A DNA stretch of 64,000 bases from an uncultured Chloroflexia bacterium (GCA_963819655.1 CAWFXA010000002.1:448001-512000); one strand, 5' to 3'; shown: positions 11,799 through 22,370, counted from the stretch's first letter. Notes: generated by a model from the letters alone, not told the origin. Numbers and translations: made by a program.

Positions 11799-13297
11799 CG
11801 CGCTCGTCCCTGGCAGCGTGGCTGCCGGCTGTCCTCGTCGGGGTCGTCGCCCTCATCGCGGCTCGGATCGCGATGCTCCCAGGGCTCGGCTATTGGGATA
11901 CGGCAGAGCTCCAGACGGTCGCGCCGATCCTCGGGACGGCCCACCCGACGGGTTTCCCGACGTACGTGCTGCTCGGCTGGATCGCCAACCTGCTGCTCAC
12001 GCCGTTCGGGGAGCCGGCGCTCCGGATGAACCTGTTCGCGGCACTCAGCGTGGCGGTCGCCGCGGCCGTGACGGTCGACCTGGTCCGTGCGCTGACCCGC
12101 TCCGTCCCACTCGGGGTGATGGCGGGGATCGGCCTCGCACTGACAGGCATCGTCTGGGACATCGGCACGCACGCGGAGGCACACGCGCTCCATCTCGCGT
12201 TCATCGCGATCCTCTTCCGCCTGCTCGTGGCGTGGGAGGACGGGCGGCGCGACCGCACGCTCGTCGCGGCGGCGATCGTCTTTGGGCTGGCGGCCGGGAA
12301 TCATTCGCTGACGCTGTTGCTCGGGCCACCGATCGCCTTGTACGTCCTCGCCGTGGACCCGGGCATCGTGCGCCGGCCGCGTTTCATCGCCGGCTGTGCA
12401 GCGGCGCTCGTGCTCACGGTCGTGCTCGTCTACCTGGAGCTGCCGCTGCGTGCCGGGCCGCTCCGGACCGCGGGCACGCTCGTGTATGGACGCCCGGACA
12501 CCTGGGACGGGTTCTGGTACGTCGCGCTGGCAGAACAGTTCCGTGGCAGTGTCGTCGGTCCCTTCGACGACCTGCCCGGCAAGGTGGCGGCGCTCGTGGA
12601 CCGCACGGTGGTGGCTTTTGGTCCGCTCGCAGCGCTCCTGCCGGTCGCGTTCGGGGTGACGGCGATCCGGCGTCCGACCTACGCGCTGCTCAGCGGCACG
12701 GCCGTCCTCATCACGTGCTTCTTCGCGGCGTCCTACGTGAACGCCCTGATCGAGCGCTACTACCTGGGTCCGGTGCTGATCGGCTGGACCTGGCTCGCGA
12801 TGCTCGGAGCGGGTCTCGCGACGGTCGCCGGCATCTCGATCGAGGGGCAACGCCGGCCGGATCGGGTCATCGCGACCGCGTTGGCGGTCCTGCTCCTGGT
12901 CCCGACCGTCGCGGCCGCGCCGTCGCGCCTCGAGGGCCTCGACCGGAGCGGCGATGTCGGGGCGCGCGAGTGGGTCGACCACGCCCTTCGGGTCATGCGA
13001 CCCGATGCGGTCATCGTGAGCTGGTGGAGCTATTCGACACCGCTGTGGTACGCACAGCTGGTCGAGGACCGGCGCCCCGACATCGATATCATCGATGACC
13101 GCACCCGGCTCGATCGGAACCTGGGAGACATCTACGACGTGATCGACGCGAACCTGCCGACGCGCCCCGTGTACGTGATCCGCATCGAGCGGAGTGAGAT
13201 CGAAGGTCTCAAGGAGCGCTACGTCCTCGACGTCATCGGTGGGACGGAGGCCAGCGTCCTGACCCGGATCATCGGCCGCCGCGAGACCGCCGGATGA
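11795..13297 (+). CDS. DUF2723 / TMEM260-like membrane glycosyltransferase
   Basis: WDTAEL...LGTAHPTGFPTY, AEAHAL, GNH and YLELPLR motifs typical of DUF2723; GTGA overlap with upstream gene. Confidence 0.8.
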   Translation: MTRSSLAAWLPAVLVGVVALIAARIAMLPGLGYWDTAELQTVAPILGTAHPTGFPTYVLLGWIANLLLTPFGEPALRMNLFAALSVAVAAAVTVDLVRALTRSVPLGVMAGIGLALTGIVWDIGTHAEAHALHLAFIAILFRLLVAWEDGRRDRTLVAAAIVFGLAAGNHSLTLLLGPPIALYVLAVDPGIVRRPRFIAGCAAALVLTVVLVYLELPLRAGPLRTAGTLVYGRPDTWDGFWYVALAEQFRGSVVGPFDDLPGKVAALVDRTVVAFGPLAALLPVAFGVTAIRRPTYALLSGTAVLITCFFAASYVNALIERYYLGPVLIGWTWLAMLGAGLATVAGISIEGQRRPDRVIATALAVLLLVPTVAAAPSRLEGLDRSGDVGAREWVDHALRVMRPDAVIVSWWSYSTPLWYAQLVEDRRPDIDIIDDRTRLDRNLGDIYDVIDANLPTRPVYVIRIERSEIEGLKERYVLDVIGGTEASVLTRIIGRRETAG

Positions 13298-14088
13298 CCG
13301 ACGCGGCTGATCACACGAAGCGCGTCGCACGCCTCTCCTACTTCTTCCCGGCCCACAACGAGGAGGCGAACATCGAAGGCCTGATCGAGGAGGCGCTCGA
13401 AGGTCTCCCGGCGATCGCCGAGACGTTCGAGATCATCGCCGTCGATGACGGCTCCCGCGACCGGACGCGCGTGCTGGCCGACGAGCTGACGGCGCGGCAC
13501 CCGGGGATCGTCCGCGCCGTCCACCACCCGACCAATCTCGGGTATGGGGCCGCCTTGCGCTCCGGGTTCGGAGCCGCGCGGTACGAGTTGGTCGCGTTCA
13601 CCGACGGCGACCGCCAGTTCCGCGTCGAGGACATCGGGCGCCTGACGGAACGCCTCGCCGAGATCGACCGCCCGGACGTCGTCGTCGGCTTTCGCATCCG
13701 GCGGGCGGACCCCATCGTCCGGACCGTCTACGCCCGTGCCTACCGGCTGGCGAACCGGATCTTCTTCGGCCTGTCGGTCAGGGACGTCGACTGCGCCTGC
13801 AAACTCTTCCGCCGGGAGGTGCTCGACGGGGTCCAGGTCGAGTCGGAGGGGGCGTTCTTCTCGGCCGAGCTGCTGATCAAGCTCCGCGCGGCCGGGCGCA
13901 GCGTCGTCGAGGTCGGGGTGCCGCATTACCCACGCACTGCCGGCTCGCCGACCGGCGCGAAGCCGCAGGTCATCCTGCGCGCGGTCCGCGACTTCTGGCG
14001 CCTGCGGGTGGCGATGTGGGTGAACCGCCAGGGAGCGCTCCGCCGCGGCCGACCGATCGTCGCGGGGATCGACCCGGGCGCGGTCTAG
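13294..14088 (+). CDS. GT2 glycosyltransferase (polyprenol-phosphate sugar synthase, DPM1/Ppm1-like)
   Basis: PAHNEE, VDDGSRD, NLGYGAAL, TDGDRQF, DVDCACKLFRR. Confidence 0.85.
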   Translation: MTDAADHTKRVARLSYFFPAHNEEANIEGLIEEALEGLPAIAETFEIIAVDDGSRDRTRVLADELTARHPGIVRAVHHPTNLGYGAALRSGFGAARYELVAFTDGDRQFRVEDIGRLTERLAEIDRPDVVVGFRIRRADPIVRTVYARAYRLANRIFFGLSVRDVDCACKLFRREVLDGVQVESEGAFFSAELLIKLRAAGRSVVEVGVPHYPRTAGSPTGAKPQVILRAVRDFWRLRVAMWVNRQGALRRGRPIVAGIDPGAV

Positions 14089-14639
14089 CTCTGGCGGTTC
14101 TCTGCGTCCGGATCGACGTCGAGCGAGTTGACGAAGTCGCGGAACACGTCGAGCCGCGGGTCGACGATCCGTTCGCCGGTCGACTCGAGCATCTCGCCAC
14201 CGCCCTCGCCTTCCTCGCCGAGACCGCCGTCCGCGCCGAGACCGGCCTGGTCGAGCACTGACGGGACCGCGAAGATCGGGGCCCCCACCCGCACGGCGAG
14301 AGCCAGCGCATCGGACGGCCGCGCGTCGATCTCCCCGATATGCCCGTCGCGCTCCACGAAAAGCCGCGCGTGGAAAGTCTCCTCGGCGAGGTCCGAGATG
14401 ATGACGCGGGAGACACGCGCGTCGACCGCCTCGAGGGTACTGGCGAACAGGTCGTGGGTCAGCGGGCGTTCCGGCGTCAGGCCCTGGAGGCGCATCGCGA
14501 TGGCGCTCGCCTCCCACGGTCCGATCCAGATCGGCAGATAGCGCTCGCGCCCGGTCTCCTTGAGGATCACGACGTGGCGGCTGGAGAGCATGTGGACACG
14601 GACGCTCTCGACGACCATCTCGACCAATCCGTCGTCCAT
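14085..14639 (-). CDS. bifunctional nuclease family protein (DUF151)
   Basis: LPIWIGPWEA, RPLTHDL, IDARPSDALALA. Confidence 0.9.
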   Translation of the reverse strand: MDDGLVEMVVESVRVHMLSSRHVVILKETGRERYLPIWIGPWEASAIAMRLQGLTPERPLTHDLFASTLEAVDARVSRVIISDLAEETFHARLFVERDGHIGEIDARPSDALALAVRVGAPIFAVPSVLDQAGLGADGGLGEEGEGGGEMLESTGERIVDPRLDVFRDFVNSLDVDPDAENRQS

Positions 14640-14646
14640 GCGGCGA

Positions 14647-15369
14647 TTATCCCACGGCCCGCGGGGGCGGACGCCCATCGCCACGGGCCAGCCGCATGAG
14701 GAGCGCGATCCCGGCGCCGAAGACGAAGCCACCGATATGGGCGAAGAAGGCGACGCCACCGACCTCGGTCGAGTCCCGCACGCCGAGCGAGCCGAGTCCG
14801 TCGAGCAGCTGGAGGACGAACCAGAACCCGAGCACCAGGGCCGCCGGCACGTCGATGAGCTGGAAGAAGAAGACGAGGAAGATCGCGGTCGTCACCCGGG
14901 CGCGGGGGAACAGGACGATGTACGCGCCCAGGGTCGCGGCGATCGCGCCCGACGCGCCGATCGTCGGGATCGTCGACGTCGGGGCGATGGCGACCTGCGC
15001 AAGCGCGGCGACGACGCCGCCGACCAGGTAGAACACGAGGAAACGCAGCGGTCCGAAGCGATCCTCGACGTTGTTCCCGAAGATCCACAGGTAGAGCATG
15101 TTGCCGCCGATGTGGAGCAGGCCCCCGTGCAGGAACTGGCTCGTGATCAGCGTCGCGGTCTCCTGCGAGATCAACGCGCCGGACGTCAGGGCCGCGACGA
15201 GCTCGGCCGGCACGACCCCCCACGTCGTGACGAACTGCCCCAGGGCGGCGTCGCCGCGGGTGGCCATGATCCCGAGCTGGACCGCGAAGACGACGGCACA
15301 CGCGCCGATCAGCCCGAGCGTGACGACCGGTGTTCGCCGGGTCGGGTTGGCGTCGCGGAGCGGGATCAC
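14647..15369 (-). CDS. rhomboid family intramembrane serine protease
   Basis: IPLRDANP start, FLHGGLLHIGGNMLYLWIFGNNVED, GASGAIA, AHIGGF; own RBS (GAGG). Confidence 0.92.
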   Translation of the reverse strand: MIPLRDANPTRRTPVVTLGLIGACAVVFAVQLGIMATRGDAALGQFVTTWGVVPAELVAALTSGALISQETATLITSQFLHGGLLHIGGNMLYLWIFGNNVEDRFGPLRFLVFYLVGGVVAALAQVAIAPTSTIPTIGASGAIAATLGAYIVLFPRARVTTAIFLVFFFQLIDVPAALVLGFWFVLQLLDGLGSLGVRDSTEVGGVAFFAHIGGFVFGAGIALLMRLARGDGRPPPRAVG

Positions 15370-15385
15370 CTCGTTCGGGGGCGGG

Positions 15386-17635
15386 CTACGAGCTGGGAGC
15401 GGCGACGGCGACACGCTCGGCCCGCCTGAGCCGGACGGCGCGGGCGAGGCGCCGTCGGTCGTCGGGACGGCCTCGAGGACGGCCTGGTTGACGGTATCGC
15501 TCGACAGCCAGACCACGGTATCCGGCGCTTCCTCGACCCCGGCGATGATGTACATGGAGCGGAGGTCCAGCCAACCATCTCCCTCGGCGAGCCGGTACTG
15601 GGCGACGAAGTCGCCGCTCCGCTTGTCGTAGGCGATGAGCCGGGCGTTCTCTCGATCGTAGGTGTACACCCGTCCCGAGTTCCGCTCGCCCGCCCCGGCG
15701 ACCAGGACCTCGTTCGTCTTCGGCCGGAGCAGCTGGTCGCCGGGCTTCCCGGGCTCCCATGCGTCGCTCTTCCCGGAGGTATAGCGGTCGAGGACGCCGT
15801 TCTCCGTGATGTACATGTCGCCATCGATGTACAGCGAGGTCATCTTGTCGACCGCGCGGGCGGTCGCCAGCCAGGCCGACGACTTGGCGGGGAACCCGCC
15901 GCCGTCGCTGGCCGGTGGGTAGTGCCGGATCTGCTGTTCGGATGGGTCGACGACGTAGAGGTTGTACAGGCCCCGGCTCGCGTCGCGGAGGTACGTGCCG
16001 ATCCCGAGGATATCGTCGCCCCAGCCGGTCGAACCATTGACGGTGATCCTGTTCGTCGTGCCCTTGCCGGCGTCATTCGACGCGCGCCAGCGCCAGAGGA
16101 CGTTCTTCGCGTCGAGGATCAGGAGGTCGCGGCCACCGACCGACAGGAACTGCGGAGCGGCCATCTTCTGGTTCCCGACGGATCGCCCGTTGCGCGCGAT
16201 GTTCGTGGCCCGCTTGCGCTTGAGGTCCACGCGATAGACCGCATTGGTCGCACGGTCGATGACGTACGGCGCGCTGTCGTAGCCACGCACGAGCGTGCGC
16301 AGGTCGAACGGGGCGGCGCCCTCCGCCGGCGTGAAGGTGAACAGGGGGGTCGATGCCACCAGGACGACGCCGTACGCTCGGTCGAGCAGGGCCGTGACGT
16401 CCTCGCGGACAGGGTCGACGACGCCGGCGCTGATGCGCGCGTCCTCGGCCGTCTCGAGCTGGTCGTACGCCTCCGTGAGCAGCTGGATGGCCTGATCGCG
16501 GTCATCCTCGATGAGGTCGATGCCCGGGCCCGACACGAGCGCCAGGTTCGCCTTGGCCTTGTCGAGCGCGTCCTGACCCGCGTTGACCGAGCTGATGGCC
16601 TGCTGTTGGCGTTGCCCCCCGAACGCCCAGACGGACATCGCGAGGCTGCCGACGACGACCAGCAACGCGATGACCGCGATCGCCGCCCGCCGCTGCGTCT
16701 CGCGGCGCGATGCGAGGGGCGTGACGCGGCGGTACGCCGGCTTCCGACGCGGCAGGACCTCATGCAGGCGGGCGATGGTCCGCTCCATCGCGTTGCCGGC
16801 GACGACACGGGCGCTGTCCGCCGCCGCGGACATCGCGGCACCCGCGGCCTGCACGTTGTCGGCGAGCGGGATCGGGGAGCGGTCGGGCGCTCCGGCGAGG
16901 GGCTCGGGCGGGCGTACGGGCACCAGGACCCGGCCACGGGTCGTCGGCGCGACCTCCGTCGCCTCGAAGGCGATCGCGCCGTCACTGCCGGCGCCCTCGG
17001 CCGCCCGGAACCGCTGGTGGAGATGCTCCATCGCGGACTGCGGATGGAGGGTGACCATCGCGTCCTTCAGCTCGTCGGCGCCGAGCCGCGCGACGATGTT
17101 CGGCGAGATGAGCACCAGCGAGTCACCGACCGTGACCTCGCCGCGCCAGACCTCCGGCTCCAGGCCGCTGGACGGCAGGCCACGCTCGCGATGCGGGTCG
17201 GGCAGGGTCGAGAGACGGGCCTGGCGGATGAGGTACGCCTCGGCCGGGCCCGACCGTCGCCACGTACATCTCGTTGCCACGAACGACGCCCACGCCCACG
17301 CCGATCGGCCCATTCTCGCCCGCCACCTTCAGGCCGAGACGGTCGGCCTGATGGAGCAGGCGCTTGTTGGCCGTGGCGATCGATTTCTGGAGGCAGACGC
17401 GGATCCCAGCCGACTCGTCGTAGTAGTACTCGTTGCGGATCGTCTCGGCCGCGAGGCGCGTCGCCTCGAGCGCGTGGCGCGAGCTCGTGCGCGACGTCAC
17501 CAACAGGTACAGGTTGCCCTTCGACCGGGCGACCGAGCCGACACTCGGCTCGACGACGACGAGGGTGTCGGGAGAGTCGTCGAGGCGGTCGTGCTCGGCG
17601 ACGATCCCTAGTTTCAGTTGGAGTCGGGCGGCCAT
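15386..17635 (-). CDS. membrane protein: degenerate PP2C/PPM-like cytoplasmic domain, one TM helix, extracellular beta-propeller-like domain; frameshift near 17247 and probably near 15400
   Basis: ORF 17123-17635 joins ORF 14647-17313 (VATVGP|AEAYLIRQARL). GDSLVLIS resembles the PP2C fold; TM AIAVIALLVVVGSLAMSVWAF; repeated Y-V-x-D strands. TAG at 15386 is the likely natural stop. Confidence 0.6.
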
Positions 17636-17726
17636 GCGGGCCTCTCGATAGGGAAGTCAGGCGACGGGACGATCCTGGCCGGATCGGCTTGACGCTCGCC
17701 CCGAGATGGCTGGCAGGTTCGGTGGA

Positions 17727-18059
17727 TTATACGCGGGGACCTGCGCGCCGGACGTGGACCCGAAGGTCCCGGATGCCGATCCCTCCCGGCGCCGCCGCGA
17801 ACGCCGTGACCAGCTCGCCGGCGCGCAGGCGGAGCTCCTGGGCGACGATCGGCGCGTCGGCCTCGACGTCGATCCAGAATCCCTCGAGCCGGACCACCCG
17901 GCATGACCCGGCCGCGGCGGGCACCCGTTCCGCCACGATCGCCTCGAACGTCGCGATGGCCCGCGCGAGCCGGAGCTCGTCCTCGAGTCCGAGCGCGCGG
18001 GCGGCGTCGGGGATCAGCTCGCCGATCCGGCGCATCGGTCGCCGGCGAGGGGTCGTCAC
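17727..18059 (-). CDS. dciA: DciA / DUF721 family protein (in frame with recF as assembled)
   Basis: MRRIGELI...ARAIATFEAIV...VAQELRLR...LRVHV pattern; canonical position after recF; GGAG before GTG at 18059. Confidence 0.7.
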   Translation of the reverse strand: MTTPRRRPMRRIGELIPDAARALGLEDELRLARAIATFEAIVAERVPAAAGSCRVVRLEGFWIDVEADAPIVAQELRLRAGELVTAFAAAPGGIGIRDLRVHVRRAGPRV

Positions 18060-19229
18060 GCCCCCGCTCCCGTCCGCACGCTCGCGATGCCGGGCCTCAG
18101 CGGGTCGGACCTCCGCGCCATCGGGGCCGGGGCGGACCTCCCAGCCACGGGCGATCGCCAGCAACCCCGGGTCCAGGTCGTCCGGGGTCGTGGTAGTCAC
18201 GAAGGCCTGGGGCAGCTCGGCGATCCTCCGCACGAGATGCGCCCGCCGCTCCGGATCGAGCTCACTGAAGACGTCATCGAGGAGAAGCAGTGGCGGCCTC
18301 CCGTCGAGCTCGGTCAGGAGATCGAGCTCGGCCAGCTTGAACGCCAGGATCGCCGTGCGCTGCTGTCCGCGCGAGGCGAACCCGGCCAGATCGCGCCCGG
18401 CAAGATCGAATGCGAGGTCGTCTCGATGCGGCCCGATCACGGTCGACCCGTTCCAGGCCTCCTTCTCGGCGGTGTCGATGAGCCGGCGCGCGAGCGCGTC
18501 GCGCGGGCTCTCACCTGCCAGGGCCGGGGCATTCGTGACGTAGCGAAGGGTCAGCCCACCGGCCGACGCCTCTTCGGGGGCGATCTCGCGATGGGCGGCC
18601 GCGAGCGGCGCACTCAGCGTCTCGAGCAGGCTCAGACGGGCCGCCACGACCCGTCCACCGGTCTCGAGGAAGCTGTCGTCCCAGAACCGCAACTCTTCGC
18701 GCGTCGCCTGCTCCTCGCGGATCGCCCGCAGGAGACTGTTGCGCTGCTGGAGCGTTCGCCCGTACGTCCCGAGGTCGTCGGCGTACGTGGGAAAACGAGC
18801 CGCGGCGAGCGCGTCGAGTGCCGCGCGCCGGAGCGATGGCGAGCCCACCACCAGCAGCATCTCTTCGGGGGCGAACAGCACGACCCGCAGGTACCGGCCG
18901 AGACCGCTCGCGCGTCGGCCGACGCCGTTGACGCGGATCCGTTTGCGACCGCCCGAGCCGTCGGCGCCCGACCGCTGGACGGCTACCTCGAGGGTATCGC
19001 CCCCGACGCGGCCCTCGACCCGGGCGAGGTCCTTGCCCCAGCGGATCAGCTCGCCGTCCGAGCTCGTTCGATGCGACCGGCCCCACCCCAACAGGGCGAT
19101 GGCCTCGAGCAGGCTGGTCTTGCCGGCCGCGTTCGGGCCCCAGATCAGGTGCGCGCCGGGCGCGAACGCGACCTCGAGCCTGGCGTATCCGCGCAGGTCG
19201 AGGGCCGAGAGCGAATTGAGCGAGGCGAT
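18056..19229 (-). CDS. recF: DNA replication/repair protein RecF
   Basis: Frame extends upstream of the ORF call to include LDLRGY and Walker A GPNAAGKTS; also GPHRDD, SRGQQR, LLLDDVFSELD. Confidence 0.92.
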
Positions 19230-19230
19230 G

Positions 19231-20349
19231 CTAGGACGTCGTCCGGACGGGCATCACGACATGGACATAGCGGTCATCGCCGACCGGCTTGAAAACGCCC
19301 GGTGACAGCGGCCCATTGAGTTCGAGGGCGAACTGGTCGGCCGCCACGTTCGTCAGGACATCCGCCAGGTAGCGGGCGTTGAAGGCGATCGTCGTGTCGT
19401 CGCCTTCGACCGCCGCCTCGACCTGGCCGACGTGGTCGCCGACCTCGGCGTTGGCGCTGACCGTCACGCCCGCGTCGCCGTCACCGCCGATCTGGAGCTT
19501 GACGATGTTCGCCAATTCGTGGGCGATCAACGCGGCCGGCCGGACCGCTCGCAGGAGCTCCTCCCTGTCGAGCACCGCTCGGGTCGCGTGCGCCTGCGGC
19601 ATGACCTGCTGGTAATTGGGGAACTGCCCATCGATCAGGCGGCTGACCAGGTCGATCCCATCGAGATGGAACAGGACCTGGTTCCGCGCGCTGGCCAGGA
19701 CGACCTCGACCGGATCGTCGACATCCGCGAGCACGCGCGCGAGCTCGTTGAGTGCGCGGGCCGGGATGACCACGCTGGTCTCCGGGACCGGGTCCAGGAT
19801 CGGCAGGGTCTTGACGGCGATCCGGTAGTTGTCGGCCGCGGCCAGCGTCAGCTGGTCGCCCTCGAACCGTGCGAGCACACCGGTCAGGATCGGTCGCGCC
19901 TCGTCGCTCGCGGCTGCGAAGGCCGTCTCCGCCAGGGCGCGTCGAAGGACGTTCTGCGCGATGCGGGTGGTCGGCCGCTCGCCGGCCGTCTGGATGGCCG
20001 GGAACTCCTCGTCGCTGATGCCCTTGATGTGCGTCTGGAACCGACCGGCCTTCACATGCAATGTGTCCCCGGCGGTCACCTCGAGCTCGACCTTGTCGCC
20101 GGCCGGCAGTGAGTTCACGAGATCGGTCAGGAGCTTGGCCGGGACAGTGGTCGCGCCGTCCTCGTCGATCTTGCCCGGCACCCAGTAGGTGATGCCGATC
20201 TCGAGATTCGTGGCGGTCAGCTTGAGACCGGCGTCCTCGGTCTTGAGTAGGACATTGGCGAGGACCGGGAGCGTGCTCCGGCTCGAGACCGCCCGGCTGA
20301 CGACGGACAGGCCGCGCGCCAGATTCTCCTGCATGACCGAGAGTCTCAC
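19231..20349 (-). CDS. dnaN: DNA polymerase III beta clamp
   Basis: RSTLPVLANVLL, ATNLE, SRLIDGQFPNY, AFNARYL, VVMPVR. Confidence 0.98.
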   Translation of the reverse strand: MRLSVMQENLARGLSVVSRAVSSRSTLPVLANVLLKTEDAGLKLTATNLEIGITYWVPGKIDEDGATTVPAKLLTDLVNSLPAGDKVELEVTAGDTLHVKAGRFQTHIKGISDEEFPAIQTAGERPTTRIAQNVLRRALAETAFAAASDEARPILTGVLARFEGDQLTLAAADNYRIAVKTLPILDPVPETSVVIPARALNELARVLADVDDPVEVVLASARNQVLFHLDGIDLVSRLIDGQFPNYQQVMPQAHATRAVLDREELLRAVRPAALIAHELANIVKLQIGGDGDAGVTVSANAEVGDHVGQVEAAVEGDDTTIAFNARYLADVLTNVAADQFALELNGPLSPGVFKPVGDDRYVHVVMPVRTTS

Positions 20350-20760
20350 GTCGGCTTCACTCCGTCTCGCATCGCTCGAGGCCGCATCGCGGGTGACGGC
20401 AGGTCGGGTCGGACGGAGGTCCGGAGCGATCCCGACCGGGGTCGCAGTGGTTGGTGGGTATCTTCTCTCTTTCTTCTTACTCCGTCATCACCGTAGTAAC
20501 GGTGTGGAGGCCGGGGACGGCCGTGCGCGATCGTTCGGGCGGAGCGGGTGGACGGGATGTCGGATGGCGTGGACAAGATCGCGTCGTTCGGGGAGGTCAC
20601 GGTCGACAGGCTGGGGACAGGCGGCCGTCGGTCGGCGACGGACAGGTCGGGAACGCCCGCGCGTCCACATGCGACGAGGAGTGCTCCACGTGGTTTCCGC
20701 GCTTCGCCGGCCACAGCGGGCGTCGCGCCGGCGCGCCGTGTTCGTCCGACGACCCCGCCC
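20350..20760. other. replication origin oriC (dnaA-dnaN intergenic)
   Basis: Degenerate DnaA boxes (minus strand TTGTCCACG ~20568-20576, CTGTCCCCA ~20612-20620, GCCTCCACA 20503-20511), followed by TAC TAC GGT GAT GAC trio-like units and a low-GC purine tract at ~20458-20481. Confidence 0.75.
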
Positions 20761-22149
20761 CTATTCGGCGTAGATCAGCTCGCGGACGGCCGCGATCTCG
20801 CGCCGCAGCTCGTCGTTGTTGGCGATCTCGCGCGAGATCTTGTCGCATGCGTGAAGGACCGTGGAATGGTCCCGGTTCCCGAGCTCGGCGCCGATCCTGA
20901 GCAATGAGACGTCGGTCTCCTCGCGCATCAGGAACATCGCGATCTGGCGCGGCATGACGATGGCCTTGTCGCGCTTCTGGCCCTGGAGCGCCTCCATCGG
21001 GACGCTGTAGTAGTCCGACACGGCCTTGGCGATGCGCTCCGGCGTCACCTGCCGCTTCTTCGGGTTGTACAGGACGTTGGAGAGCACGGCCTGGGCGAGC
21101 TCGATGCTGATCGGGGTCGCGCCCATGCTCGCGAACGCAACGATCCTGTTGAGCGCCCCCTCCAGCTCGCGCACGTTCGAGACGACCTTGCGCGCGATGA
21201 ACTCGACGACGTCCGACGTGATCGGCACGGCGCCCTCTTCGGCCTTGGCCCGCAGGATGGCGATACGGGTCTCGAGATCCGGCGCGGTCAGGTCGGCGAT
21301 GAGCCCCCACTCGAAGCGCGACCGGAGCCGCTCCTCGAGGGTCAGGATGGCCTTGGGCGGCCGGTCGCTGGAGAGGACGATCTGCTTGCCGTCCTCGTGG
21401 ATCGCGTTGAAGGTATGGAAGAACTCTTCCTGGGTCCGCTCCTTGTCGGCGATGAACTGGATGTCATCGATGAGGAGCAGATCGATGCGCCGGTAGCGAC
21501 CACGGAACTCGTCGATCTTGCCCTGCTGGATGCTCGTGATGAATTCGTTCGTGAACTTCTCGGACGTGGCGTAGACGACGCGCTTGCGCGGGAACCGGGC
21601 CATCACCTGGTTGCCGATCGCATGCATGAGGTGCGTCTTGCCGAGGCCGACGCCGCCGTACAGGAACAGCGGGTTGTAGGCATGACCGGGTCGTTCGGCG
21701 ACCGACAAGCTGGCCGCGTGACCGAGCCGGTTGGCCGAGCCGACGATGAAATTGGCGAACGTGTAGCGCGGGTTGATGTTGGTCGCTCCGCCCTCGCCGC
21801 CGACCCGCGTCGCCTCGACGCGGACCTGCGGGCTTCCGTTCACCGGGGGAGCGGGCGCCGCCACGGCGCCCTCGTCGGCGACGCCGTCCGTCGGGTTCGG
21901 CGATGGGGCCCCGACCACGAACTCCACCTGGACGCTGTAGCCCACGATCCTCGCCAGCGTCTGGCTGATGAGCGAGCGGTAGCGGGTCTCGAGCCAGTCC
22001 TTGGCGAAGCCGTTCGGGACGGCGATCCGGAACCGCTGCTCGTCGACGTCGACGAGTTGGGTGTCGCGCAGCCATGTCTCGTAATTGGCGGGCGACAATG
22101 AGACCTGGAGTTCACCCAGGGCGGCTCGCCAGACCTGCTTGGCGTCCAT
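20761..22149 (-). CDS. dnaA: chromosomal replication initiator DnaA
   Basis: YNPLFLYGGVGLGKTHL, LLIDDIQF, RLRSRFEWG, RDHSTV; start ATG (MDAKQVW). Confidence 0.99.
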   Translation of the reverse strand: MDAKQVWRAALGELQVSLSPANYETWLRDTQLVDVDEQRFRIAVPNGFAKDWLETRYRSLISQTLARIVGYSVQVEFVVGAPSPNPTDGVADEGAVAAPAPPVNGSPQVRVEATRVGGEGGATNINPRYTFANFIVGSANRLGHAASLSVAERPGHAYNPLFLYGGVGLGKTHLMHAIGNQVMARFPRKRVVYATSEKFTNEFITSIQQGKIDEFRGRYRRIDLLLIDDIQFIADKERTQEEFFHTFNAIHEDGKQIVLSSDRPPKAILTLEERLRSRFEWGLIADLTAPDLETRIAILRAKAEEGAVPITSDVVEFIARKVVSNVRELEGALNRIVAFASMGATPISIELAQAVLSNVLYNPKKRQVTPERIAKAVSDYYSVPMEALQGQKRDKAIVMPRQIAMFLMREETDVSLLRIGAELGNRDHSTVLHACDKISREIANNDELRREIAAVRELIYAE

Positions 22150-22340
22150 TCGTTCGATAGGACCTGCGTACGGGGTTGACGGTTGATGAGATGCGGCGGG
22201 CACGGTCCCGGGATGAGTGCGAGGGCGGCGGACCGTCCGATCGACGTCCCTCCGACGAGGCCGGACCACCGCTGCCTGCGCCCCCTCCACGAGGCCTGCT
22301 GGCGTCTCCCGCGTACGTCTCCGGCGCCGAGGGCCCGGAG

Positions 22341-22370
22341 AGGATAGCACCGCGCCAGACGCCGTCGCAA
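22341..22370 (-). promoter_or_regulatory. putative sigma70 promoter for dnaA
   Basis: TTGCGA-18 nt-TATCCT with TG extended -10 on minus strand. Confidence 0.5.

Noticed and set aside
14647-17313. Apparent fusion of the beta-propeller protein with the rhomboid
   Set aside because: The rhomboid has its own RBS and typical start, and a TAG at 15386 lies one frame off after a Ser/Pro tail; likely an indel.
20683-20698. Second parS-like site within oriC (GCTCCACGTGGTTTCC)
   Set aside because: Only the CACGTG core matches; the flanks are not palindromic.
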